DNA of 43,282 bases. Source: Candidatus Poseidoniales archaeon (lineage in GTDB: Archaea; Thermoplasmatota; Poseidoniia; Poseidoniales; Thalassarchaeaceae). The stretch lies in contig JAPKFG010000003.1 in assembly GCA_028821675.1 (NCBI GenBank), positions 1 to 43,282 of the forward strand, given 5' to 3'. The notes below the pieces were generated by a model. The model had not been told where the DNA came from and ran no database searches. It saw only the letters and a program-made list of their open reading frames with translations. Positions within the stretch are counted from its first letter, which is position 1. Each line of letters opens with the position of its first letter. A program made the position numbers and the translations under genes. Below are positions 10,266-19,460 of the stretch, piece by piece.

Positions 10266-10940
10266 ATGGCGAAGAAGGACGAAGAGATTGAGGGTATGTA
10301 CACCCTAGTTGGCGACCCAGATAATCCCGAACTTGAAGCGGCGGACGATTCGAAGATTAGTTTGACTGATCGAATCAAACGGATTAAGAAAAAGGTGTTC
10401 AAGGATGACTTTGAACCCTCAGATGAACAACGCGAAATTGCCGATCAGGCATACATTCGGGCGCGGGAAGTCGTCGGCATCGTGACGCCGACTCGTGTCG
10501 TACTTGCCTCCGTATTCATGGCTGCCTTGATGTTCAGTATTTTCGCATTCGGGTTCTGGGTCGTTCCTCGAGATGCAGTCAATGTGGATGTCGTCTACAA
10601 ACAGGGCGGCCCCGGGCACGTCGTTCTTTTGGAACTCCACAATTATGGTAGCCGTCCCATCGCCAATGTCGAAGTCGATGCTTCCTTTTCCAATCAGGAT
10701 GGTGAAGTTCTGAATTCCACACACTTTGAGGTGGGTTCTCTGCTGGCGCATACATCGATTGCTGGAGACACCCTTGAATTGGTGATTACTGGTGAATCAA
10801 TTTGGGAACTCTACAACATTGAGGTCACGCTTGATTACGACAACTATGATGGCGCTGTTTCCAAGCAATCTTGGGTCATCGAAGTTGGAGAATACACCTT
10901 TGAGAGACATACCCTCGATGCAGAGCGCACATGGCTGTAA
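10266..10940 (+). CDS. Single-pass membrane protein: charged N-terminus, Ig-like C-terminal domain
   Basis: SD GGGGTGA overlaps the upstream stop; TM VVLASVFMAALMFSIFAFGFWVV; LELHNYG..PIANV resembles CARDB/Ig-like strands. Confidence 0.85.
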   Translation: MAKKDEEIEGMYTLVGDPDNPELEAADDSKISLTDRIKRIKKKVFKDDFEPSDEQREIADQAYIRAREVVGIVTPTRVVLASVFMAALMFSIFAFGFWVVPRDAVNVDVVYKQGGPGHVVLLELHNYGSRPIANVEVDASFSNQDGEVLNSTHFEVGSLLAHTSIAGDTLELVITGESIWELYNIEVTLDYDNYDGAVSKQSWVIEVGEYTFERHTLDAERTWL

Positions 10941-11014
10941 ACGACACCATAGGTGTCGTCAAGAGTAGGGAAGATAGAAAGTGGTCTCGGCAACCCCCAC
11001 CATTAGGGAGTCGT

Positions 11015-14000
11015 ATGCGGCATCGAATTGTATTCTGTATACTCGGTATCCTTCTGCTGTCTGTAGTTGCTCCTATTTCGACCCCTCCATCATCCGTTTC
11101 CGCAGTTGATGAAGATGGTACATCTGGCATTGAACGTATCGAAATCCATCTGGATCCTGACAGCATTGGAAGTGCACATCCCTCTGCGAGTTGGGATGGC
11201 GAAGAGGAACTTCGAGAAACCACCGCTGACACTCATATCGGGGTGTTCACCATCGATGGATTGCAATCAGATGTCGAGGTGCCAGAGATATTGACCACAA
11301 TTCGCACCGACATAGCCCTCGTTCTCATCGATGGAGATGTCGGGCTATGGCCGGGTCGTGTGGCATTGACCGAATTGCCAGGCATCGAAATTCGGGCCCA
11401 TATTCCTCCATCGGGGTTCCTGATTCAAGGCAACCCTCAGGCTATTGCTGCGGCTGCTGAACTGTCCGTTGTGGCCGCTGTCCATCCTCTTCCATTGGCT
11501 TTCATGGTCGATTACCACTTGAGCGATCTTCTTTCTGAAGCCTCCAGCCTCTCACTGGATGCCCATCCCTCTACTGCGGTTCAACTATCAGGATGGAGAT
11601 TGGCGGATTTGTCTACACCACAGGATCATGTTAGATTGCCCGGATTGAGGGGTGATTTGGACCAAACAGCTGCCACTTACCTTACATCGTACCGTCCGAT
11701 TGACACCGGCCGACATCACGGTCTGCTTTCGCTTGAGGACATAGCAACGGTCGCTGCTGAACCCGCCCTATCATGGCTTAGCCTTGAACCAATCTTCAGT
11801 ATTGACAACAACGTTGCAGTGGGTCATATGAGGGCCGATGATGTCTCGAATTACTTCGTCGTTGGATTGAATGGTAGCGGTCACACTGTCACTGTAGCTG
11901 ATTCGGGTATCGACCGTGATCACGGTGATTTCGATGGCCGCATTCAACACGTTGAGTCGGTTATTTGGGGTGATACCTCAACCGAAGATGTACATTCAGG
12001 TCATGGCACACACGTCGCCTGTACGGTTCTTGGCAACGGCAGTAAGGGTGGATATGCAGGTGTGGCACCACAAGCCAGTCTACGATTCCAAGCAATGGAG
12101 GATGATGACAGTGGTAATTTCGGTGGTGTCAGTATGGACACCCTCCTTCGAAAAGCCTACGAAGGAAATTCACATATTCACACTAACTCTTGGGGCATGG
12201 CTGGTTACTATGGTGAATACACCACCAGTAGCGAAGATACCGACAGCCGAACAAACCAGTATGATCAGTTCTGGTCCTACAATGGCATGCTCGTTCTAAT
12301 TTCTGCTGGCAATGACGGCTCAGATCCAGATACGATTACTCCTCCTGCAACGGCAAAGAACGCCGTTACTGTGGGCAATCATCACAATCGAGGCGGTGGT
12401 GCTCCAAGCACCCTCTCAGATAGCAGCAGTCGTGGCCCAACAGACGATGGTCGCATCAAACCGGATGTTACTGCACCCGGTGCGTGGGTCCGCTCCTGCT
12501 TGAGCCAAGATGCCACGGAAACCAGTGGCTCGTCATGGACTAGTCAGTGGTATCTGGAATACAGTGGAACATCGATGGCTGCACCCAATGCAGCCGGGGC
12601 CTCTGTTCTCATTCGTGAATATCTGATGGAAGTGGCGGGTCGCCCATCACCACAGGGCGCTCTCATCAAGGGAATGCTCATTCTTGGCGCAGAGGACACC
12701 GGTTCTCGAGATATACCCAACATGAATGAGGGCTGGGGTAGGGTGAATCTCGCCAATTCCCTCATCCCCGGAACGGATACGGGAATTTGGGTTGATGATC
12801 GGAACACTGTTCGTAGTGGACAGACACGCGAATACCAATTCAATCTCAGTCGTGGAAATACACCATTCAAAGCTGTACTGACATGGTCTGATTATCCAGG
12901 TAGCACTTGGTCATCCACCCAATTACAAAACAACCTCGATATGGTCATCACTGCGCCTGATGGGACGATATACAAGGGCAATGATTTCGCCAATGGCCGT
13001 TCGACAACCGGTGGGGATGCTGATGATTTGAACAACGTCGAAGTCGTCCTAATCGACCAAGCTGATTCGGGAGTTTGGACGGTTCAAATTACCGATGTCG
13101 CACACGGTGGACAGCGCAGTGATCAGCCATTCGCTCTCGCAGTCCGAGGGGCCGGCGTCAATGATTTGAGGAGCGACCCACTTCCCATTCCGCTATCTTT
13201 TGAATTATCAACTGCCATTCCTCAAGTGAACGAAGTTTGCCAGATTTCAATCCAGATTGAAAATCAGGGTGGCGGTCGTGCCGATGACCTTCGTATCGAA
13301 GCGATTGCTGGTACTCAAAATCTAGGAGAAGTTACCATGGACATCGGTCCCGGAATGATTCGCTGGGCAACTTGGGATTGGACACCCATCAACGAGGGTA
13401 CACAGGCTATCACCATCGTCATCGACCCTGACCAGCTTGAGGAGGAGATTGATGAAGACAACAACCTCTTCGAAATACCCGTTGCTGTCAGTGCTCCTGG
13501 AGTAAGAGTCACCACATCACAGACCGTGCTAGAAATTGATGAGGCGAGTCAGACAAGTACCTCTTGGCAGTTGGAGATTCGCAACACTGCACTAATATCG
13601 ACCAATGCTTCAATCAGCGCATCAACACCGATGCGGATTAACAATGGACAGATGATGACCGCATGGTTCACTTCTTTCACTCAGACGAGTTTCGCTCTCA
13701 ATGGTTCGCAATCATCGTCAATCGGTTTCACCATGGTTCATGATGAATCACCCCCTCCAGGATTGTATCAATTGACAATCACCGCGACCGATGAAGACAA
13801 CGACATTGATTTCCCTCTGACTTTATCGCTCGATGTTCCTCTCTTGCCCGACATATCTTTCCAAGCGCCCTTCTCGGTCTTGCAAGTTCATCCCTCAATC
13901 CCGACCATGTTTGAGGTGGATGTTCTCAATGGGGGCAATGGCCTACAGGGTTACAATCTGTTCATAGAATCACCCATTGGATGGTGGGTGGGTCTCGACA

Positions 14001-15544
14001 ATCTTGGCTCTTCAATCGGCACTGCTTCTGGTTCAACAGGTGCCATCCCACTCAATGGTGCCCGCACCGTCGAAATGACTGTGACACCGCAACTTGGTAC
14101 TCCGCCACCTGCAGGTCAGGTCATGGAGGCAATGCTGCGCGTCACTTCTCAGATTGATCCAATGCAATCGTGGTCTTATCCGATTCAGATGGAGGTCATC
14201 GAATTCGATTCAGCCGTCATCGAGGCAGAATCAACACCTGATGTTCTCCGCCCAGATTCAATTGTTTACCTTCAATACACAATCACGAATCTAGGCAACA
14301 CAGAATTGACACTCTATCCAAACGTCGACGCTAGACCCGGAGGTTGGTCGGTTATCGCCGGCTCAAATTCAATCACTATTCCGATTGGTGAATCCGCATC
14401 CTATATGCTCGGCCTTGAAGGAAATGGTCTAGCAGTGGGGGGCTCGTTGACGCTTCATTTGACGACACAGGGTGGTTATCGAATTACTTGGGATGGAGAA
14501 TTGGATGTGGTCGAGGAAGCCAAACCTGTACTGACATTCACTGGAATTACCGATTCACTGGGTACAGCATTGTCAGAAATTCCCATCGGCACGCCGGGTT
14601 TCTTGGGGCACTGGCTGATTATCAACGATGGGAGTTCCGCTTGGACTCCAGTTCTGAGCATCGATTTACCCGATTCTACTTGGATAGGTGTTTGTGATCC
14701 GGTGTCAGAAATTGCTCCTGGTGGATCGGCTGAAGCCAATTGCATCATCACAGCGCCAAACTTTGCCATGGCAGGTTGGCAGCCGGAAATTGGCTTGACC
14801 ATCGATGCTGATGGTATAGAGCGTTCCGCAAGTGCCCTCATTTCAGTCGCGGCTGAACCCAGTGTCATATGGACAACTCTTTCAATTGAAGAATCAATGA
14901 CAGATCAATCTTCACGGTTGCATTTTGAAATATTGAATACTGGAAATACTGTCATTCAAGAGCGTGTTATAATCGAATCTCCTGAAGGATGGACCGCTGA
15001 AGTCGAAGATTCAGATATTATCGATTTGGCTATCGGTGAATCACAGGGCCTTCGAATCCGCATCGTGCCCGATACACCCGGTGAGGCTTTGGTTTCACTC
15101 AGTTTTGAAGGCTCCAATATCCACGGTTCCACCCATTCTGTAATATTGGATGTCGCCAGCGCTCCGTCTCTTGTCACAGAAGGTGGAAGTGGAACAACGA
15201 TGACAGTCGTCTTCTTGCTAATATTCATCGTGGTCGGACTTGTCGTTGCCGGTATGCTCATCGTTCGGTTGAGGAAAAATCAGGCCTCTCCAACCTTGAC
15301 TCCACCCCCGCCAACAGCATTCTCCGGTGCGCCCACTCCTAGTCAGACCAGTCAGAGTCAGAAAGCAACCACACAAGTCGTGTGTTGGGGTTGTAACAAA
15401 CCGATTTCTGGCATCCGTCGAGCTTGCCCTGGGTGCGGTGCTCGATATCATGAATCGGCGTATGGGTGCAGTGCATCCGCCTTGACCGTGTGCCGCAATT
15501 GTCAGGCAGATGTCAGTACCTTTGTTGAAGAGGTGAGTTCCTGA
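11015..15544 (+). CDS. Membrane-anchored S8 (subtilisin-like, KP-43-type) serine peptidase with CARDB/Ig-like domains and C-terminal Cys/His finger
   Basis: Triad motifs VADSG, GHGTHV, GTSMAAP; oxyanion SAGN; SSRGPTDDGRIKPD; LTWSD/NNLD/NNVE C-domain; CARDB-like IDPD...EIDEDNN; TM near the C-terminus. Signal peptide begins at ATG 11015. Confidence 0.93.
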   Translation: MRHRIVFCILGILLLSVVAPISTPPSSVSAVDEDGTSGIERIEIHLDPDSIGSAHPSASWDGEEELRETTADTHIGVFTIDGLQSDVEVPEILTTIRTDIALVLIDGDVGLWPGRVALTELPGIEIRAHIPPSGFLIQGNPQAIAAAAELSVVAAVHPLPLAFMVDYHLSDLLSEASSLSLDAHPSTAVQLSGWRLADLSTPQDHVRLPGLRGDLDQTAATYLTSYRPIDTGRHHGLLSLEDIATVAAEPALSWLSLEPIFSIDNNVAVGHMRADDVSNYFVVGLNGSGHTVTVADSGIDRDHGDFDGRIQHVESVIWGDTSTEDVHSGHGTHVACTVLGNGSKGGYAGVAPQASLRFQAMEDDDSGNFGGVSMDTLLRKAYEGNSHIHTNSWGMAGYYGEYTTSSEDTDSRTNQYDQFWSYNGMLVLISAGNDGSDPDTITPPATAKNAVTVGNHHNRGGGAPSTLSDSSSRGPTDDGRIKPDVTAPGAWVRSCLSQDATETSGSSWTSQWYLEYSGTSMAAPNAAGASVLIREYLMEVAGRPSPQGALIKGMLILGAEDTGSRDIPNMNEGWGRVNLANSLIPGTDTGIWVDDRNTVRSGQTREYQFNLSRGNTPFKAVLTWSDYPGSTWSSTQLQNNLDMVITAPDGTIYKGNDFANGRSTTGGDADDLNNVEVVLIDQADSGVWTVQITDVAHGGQRSDQPFALAVRGAGVNDLRSDPLPIPLSFELSTAIPQVNEVCQISIQIENQGGGRADDLRIEAIAGTQNLGEVTMDIGPGMIRWATWDWTPINEGTQAITIVIDPDQLEEEIDEDNNLFEIPVAVSAPGVRVTTSQTVLEIDEASQTSTSWQLEIRNTALISTNASISASTPMRINNGQMMTAWFTSFTQTSFALNGSQSSSIGFTMVHDESPPPGLYQLTITATDEDNDIDFPLTLSLDVPLLPDISFQAPFSVLQVHPSIPTMFEVDVLNGGNGLQGYNLFIESPIGWWVGLDNLGSSIGTASGSTGAIPLNGARTVEMTVTPQLGTPPPAGQVMEAMLRVTSQIDPMQSWSYPIQMEVIEFDSAVIEAESTPDVLRPDSIVYLQYTITNLGNTELTLYPNVDARPGGWSVIAGSNSITIPIGESASYMLGLEGNGLAVGGSLTLHLTTQGGYRITWDGELDVVEEAKPVLTFTGITDSLGTALSEIPIGTPGFLGHWLIINDGSSAWTPVLSIDLPDSTWIGVCDPVSEIAPGGSAEANCIITAPNFAMAGWQPEIGLTIDADGIERSASALISVAAEPSVIWTTLSIEESMTDQSSRLHFEILNTGNTVIQERVIIESPEGWTAEVEDSDIIDLAIGESQGLRIRIVPDTPGEALVSLSFEGSNIHGSTHSVILDVASAPSLVTEGGSGTTMTVVFLLIFIVVGLVVAGMLIVRLRKNQASPTLTPPPPTAFSGAPTPSQTSQSQKATTQVVCWGCNKPISGIRRACPGCGARYHESAYGCSASALTVCRNCQADVSTFVEEVSS

Positions 15545-15591
15545 ATCGAGAAGCATACGCCCTTTTGAGGGAGCCACTACGTGGCCCTCTC

Positions 15592-18279
15592 ATGCGCCCA
15601 TCCGCGCGTCGCCGCACCCTTTCGGTTGTCGCACTGATGTTGTTCGTGATTGCGGCCCCCCTTGCTGCTGCCGAAGCTGATGTCACACTGACATCTGATT
15701 CATCTTCTAAGGAGGCCACTCCGGGGGAACCTGCAGAGTATACAATCACCGTTCGAAACACTGGAGATGAGGACATCACGGTTCAATTGGCGACTAGCCA
15801 AGAGGCCGGAGGATGTCAGGGTTACACCAGTGCGATTGAACAGATATCGGGTACCATTGCACCCAATTCCAACGAGCAGGTGACACTCACGGTTAACGTG
15901 ACTGAGGGCGAACAGACTTCAGATGAATGCGACACGACGGTGACTGCAACAGCCTCGCCGGCTGGAACACCTGGCGCCCCGGCTCAAGCAGATGTCGTCG
16001 TGACGACCACTCTTGGCGAGGGTTCAGGTAACGCAGCTCAGGGCGTTGAACTCTCAACCAGCCAAGCCACCAAGAATTACAACAATGGCGAAGAAGAGGT
16101 CGAATGGTCGGTCACGGTCAAGAATACAGGGCAGACACAAGAGACAATATCAATTGAGATGGACGAAGATTCTAGTTGCCGTTCTGATGGTTTAGAAGCC
16201 AATGTAGATCCCGCTCAAGTGCAATTGAATGCCGACGATGAGGAAACTGTCACAATCACCGTTGAGGTTCCAGACGGGGAACAGACAGAAGCCGGTTCTC
16301 ACTGCTTCATCATCCGTGCGACCGTCACCGCTCCTGCGCCACCCCCCGGCACAGATGCAGCACAAGACAATCTCTCAGTGACACTGAACATTCCCGAACT
16401 TCACGAATGTGAAGCCACCCTGTCTCCCACCTCGATGACGATTGCACCCGGAGCATCCCAATCAGGCAATTTCATGCTATCCAATGCAGGCAACAGCGAT
16501 TGGACCGTCGGCTTTGGGAAATCAGGTCCGAAATCCAACTGGGTCACTCCTGAGGTTAGCCAGCGAAGTTTGCCTTACGATAACGGAAATGGACAGGCCG
16601 CCATCTCATTCGATGTTTCTCCTGACGACAGCATGCCTGCTGACAGCACCACAGAGATCCGCATCCGTGGCTTGGATGGAAGCAATGAGCGATGTTACGC
16701 AATTCTACAAGTCACGGTGGGCCAATCATACGGTGGCACGGCTTCCCTCAGTAGCAACTATCTCAACAATGTCGAACCAGGAACAGCTCAATCTACTGGG
16801 TTGACAGTTACCAACCAAGGCAATGGCGCCGACACTTTTGCCATCGGACACACACCCGTACCCAGTGGGTGGACAGTGACATTGAGTTCATCCTCGGTGT
16901 CGTTGTTGGGCAAGCACGAGTCGCAGCAGGATCATCAGACCGAAGTGTCTGTGGAGGTTTTCGTTCCACTCGATGCTCTTGCAGATGATACGGTGACCAT
17001 CACTCTCACTGTGACCAGTAGTGGTGATTCATCCATCGAGATTACCGATGATCTTCAGGTATCCGTCGCCGAGCGCCACGATGTTGATGGGACCGTTCTC
17101 TCCACCGATCAGACCGGTCGAAGCGACCAGACAATCGATTTCCCGCTGACTATACACAACAATGGCAACGTTCAGGATTCATTCAGATTGCGCGCCTGTG
17201 ACCCGAATCAACCAGGTTCCTGTGCCACACCTTCATGGCAATCTCTATTCGTGGATACTTCAGACAATGAGGTTACGCAGATCTCTCTGAATGCCGGGCA
17301 ATCACAACAGGTGTACTTGCGAATTCACATCCAGAGTGAGGATGAGGGTGATTACCTACAGGTTCAGATGAAGGTCAACATCGTTTCTTCGCCATCCAAT
17401 GAATTCATCAAGACCGTGACCGCACGCGTCTCAAATTATGATTACATGATGCAGTTGATTCTGGCTGACCCGCAAGGGGCGCCTGATTCCATGAGTGTCA
17501 CCATGCCACCCGGCGGGCAGATGACCGTTGCAATGCTCTTCAGCGATATAGGAACATCACCATATGTCGAACAGGCACTGTTCACAATCGAAGGAATGGA
17601 TTCGACGATTTCAACATCGCTTAGTTCGGACACAGAAGAATTGGCACCAGGCGTTTTCACACTCCCTGACGATACACGAATCTATTACGCCAATATCACC
17701 CTCACAGTAATGGGCACAGATCAGAGTTTGAACGGGGAAGCTGGTGTGGTGCGTGTATGTGCCGCATCGATGCGAAACACAGCCTCACCTTCTTGTGTGG
17801 ACATTGTGGTCTCCATCGCGACTGTACACGACCTAGATGTCGTGGTTGAGGGTGGTCCGATTCAGAATACAACTCATCCCGAATTCACTGATTTCATGGT
17901 ACTGATTACCAACAGTGGCAACATCGAAGAACAAATTGAGATTTCATCGACTGAAGGATTGAGGGGCTGGACCATCGACATTGAGCAAACCGATCTATTG
18001 CTACAGCCAGGCGAATCATCGACGATTCGAGTTCGAGTCAAACCTCCTGTTCAGATGCCTGTGGAGGATGAGTTTGAATTCACCCTAATCGTCACTCCAG
18101 AGAGTGCACCTGTGGCTGCGCAACCTGTGGATATGACCGTTAGGTCCACTCTTGATGACAGTGTCTTGGGGTTGTCTGCAGAAACTTGGAACATTGTATC
18201 TTGGTCGGTCATCAGCGTTCTCGGCATCATGATATTGACGACTATTTGGCGTAACCGTCGTCGTAGTATTGGTCTGTGA
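15592..18279 (+). CDS. Surface protein with tandem Ig-like (COG1470/NPCBM-associated-like) repeats and C-terminal TM anchor
   Basis: Signal peptide; repeated TVRNTG / TVKNTG / LSNAG / TVTNQGN / TIHNNGN / ITNSGN units; C-terminal TM followed by RNRRR. Confidence 0.87.
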   Translation: MRPSARRRTLSVVALMLFVIAAPLAAAEADVTLTSDSSSKEATPGEPAEYTITVRNTGDEDITVQLATSQEAGGCQGYTSAIEQISGTIAPNSNEQVTLTVNVTEGEQTSDECDTTVTATASPAGTPGAPAQADVVVTTTLGEGSGNAAQGVELSTSQATKNYNNGEEEVEWSVTVKNTGQTQETISIEMDEDSSCRSDGLEANVDPAQVQLNADDEETVTITVEVPDGEQTEAGSHCFIIRATVTAPAPPPGTDAAQDNLSVTLNIPELHECEATLSPTSMTIAPGASQSGNFMLSNAGNSDWTVGFGKSGPKSNWVTPEVSQRSLPYDNGNGQAAISFDVSPDDSMPADSTTEIRIRGLDGSNERCYAILQVTVGQSYGGTASLSSNYLNNVEPGTAQSTGLTVTNQGNGADTFAIGHTPVPSGWTVTLSSSSVSLLGKHESQQDHQTEVSVEVFVPLDALADDTVTITLTVTSSGDSSIEITDDLQVSVAERHDVDGTVLSTDQTGRSDQTIDFPLTIHNNGNVQDSFRLRACDPNQPGSCATPSWQSLFVDTSDNEVTQISLNAGQSQQVYLRIHIQSEDEGDYLQVQMKVNIVSSPSNEFIKTVTARVSNYDYMMQLILADPQGAPDSMSVTMPPGGQMTVAMLFSDIGTSPYVEQALFTIEGMDSTISTSLSSDTEELAPGVFTLPDDTRIYYANITLTVMGTDQSLNGEAGVVRVCAASMRNTASPSCVDIVVSIATVHDLDVVVEGGPIQNTTHPEFTDFMVLITNSGNIEEQIEISSTEGLRGWTIDIEQTDLLLQPGESSTIRVRVKPPVQMPVEDEFEFTLIVTPESAPVAAQPVDMTVRSTLDDSVLGLSAETWNIVSWSVISVLGIMILTTIWRNRRRSIGL

Positions 18280-18321
18280 GTCTACTCTCTCAGCCGATGG
18301 CTTGCTGGATATGCTTATGAT

Positions 18322-18370
18322 GCCTCTTTGAGTCGAAGGACTCAAGGAACCCTACGGGTTCCCTTGAGGC
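18322..18370 (+). promoter_or_regulatory. Candidate structured element (three-way junction) upstream of nuoA
   Basis: GCCTC/GAGGC encloses two adjacent perfect 7-bp hairpins, TTGAGTC-GAAG-GACTCAA and GGAACCC-TAC-GGGTTCC. Confidence 0.5.
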
Positions 18371-18376
18371 TTCCAA

Positions 18377-18847
18377 ATGCCCTCTGTATCAGCAGCCTAT
18401 CTCTCGCTGGCTTTGATGACCCTTGTCGGCATTGGATTTCCTCTGGGTGGCTTCGTTCTTTCGCGGTTTTTACGTCCGATGCCAGACCCCAATGACCCAA
18501 CTAAACTTCGCAGTTTCCTACTCGAGGGATACGAGTCAGATCAATCCCTGTATGTTCGTCGTTTGAGTACCTATGAGTGCGGTTCAGATCCGGTTGGAGA
18601 TGCGATGATTGATTTCCATTTTCAGTATTACTGGTACGCCATTATCTTCCTCGTTTTTGACATTGCGTTCATGTTCCTCGCATTTGCTGGTATCGTCGCC
18701 ATGAATGCAGACCATACAGCCGCTCCCGGAGCGGATGGAGGCGTTGAGGCAGCCACAGGTGCTTTGGTAACACTCCTCGTATTCCTTACCTTGATGGGTT
18801 TGGGCGTTTGGTACGTTTTCAGAAAGCGAGGTCGGATTTACATCTGA
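18377..18847 (+). CDS. nuoA: Complex I-like subunit A
   Basis: STYECG..P.GDA...F..QYY.YAIIFLVFD; three TM helices; first gene of the operon. Confidence 0.95.
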   Translation: MPSVSAAYLSLALMTLVGIGFPLGGFVLSRFLRPMPDPNDPTKLRSFLLEGYESDQSLYVRRLSTYECGSDPVGDAMIDFHFQYYWYAIIFLVFDIAFMFLAFAGIVAMNADHTAAPGADGGVEAATGALVTLLVFLTLMGLGVWYVFRKRGRIYI

Positions 18848-18857
18848 GGTGATTGTG

Positions 18858-19451
18858 ATGGATGAAGGACAGAATTACACAGCGTTCAGTAGTCGAGGTT
18901 TGCTCGACATGATTGGTGATCTAAACAGCAAGGCGTTGGAAGCTTCTCGAATGAAGGATTTCATCGGTATTCTTGGTGGGCGCTTCTTGAATTGGGCACA
19001 ACGAAAATCCCTGTTCCCACTCCATCTCGGCATCAAGTGCTGTGCCCTAGAAATGGCCGCAGCAGGCGCATCACGATTCGATGCTGAGAGTTTTGGTGTC
19101 GTCTTCCGAAGCAGTCCACGTCAATGTGACGTATTGCTGGTCAATGGCCCGATTTCCAAGAAGTTCGCCGACCCCATCGTTCGATTGTGGGAGCAGATGC
19201 CAGAACCTAAGTGGTGCATCGCCATGGGAGAATGCGCGATTTCAGGCGGACCATACTATCAGTCTTACAACATTCTCGAAGGTGTTGACACGGTCATTCC
19301 GGTCGATGTTTACATTCCAGGTTGTCCACCACGACCCGAAGCCCTAATCGATGGGTTTGGGAAGTTGCGTGAGAAAATCATTCGCATCGGTGCAGTGCCG
19401 AGTGGGGAGACCGAAGCGCGCGGTGCACCAATCATCGTTGCCGATGACTGA
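18858..19451 (+). CDS. nuoB: Complex I-like subunit B (N2 cluster)
   Basis: KCCALEM, SPRQCD, QMPEPKWCIAMGECA, PVDVYIPGCPPRPE. ATG 18858 follows GAGGTGA. Confidence 0.97.
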   Translation: MDEGQNYTAFSSRGLLDMIGDLNSKALEASRMKDFIGILGGRFLNWAQRKSLFPLHLGIKCCALEMAAAGASRFDAESFGVVFRSSPRQCDVLLVNGPISKKFADPIVRLWEQMPEPKWCIAMGECAISGGPYYQSYNILEGVDTVIPVDVYIPGCPPRPEALIDGFGKLREKIIRIGAVPSGETEARGAPIIVADD

Positions 19452-19460
19452 GGGGTTGAG

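Noticed and set aside
10931-11014. ORF-track N-terminal extension of the S8 protease (likewise 34441-34602 and 15565-15591)
   Set aside because: The extensions overlap neighbouring genes or promoter-like boxes and precede clear signal peptides; downstream ATGs fit better.
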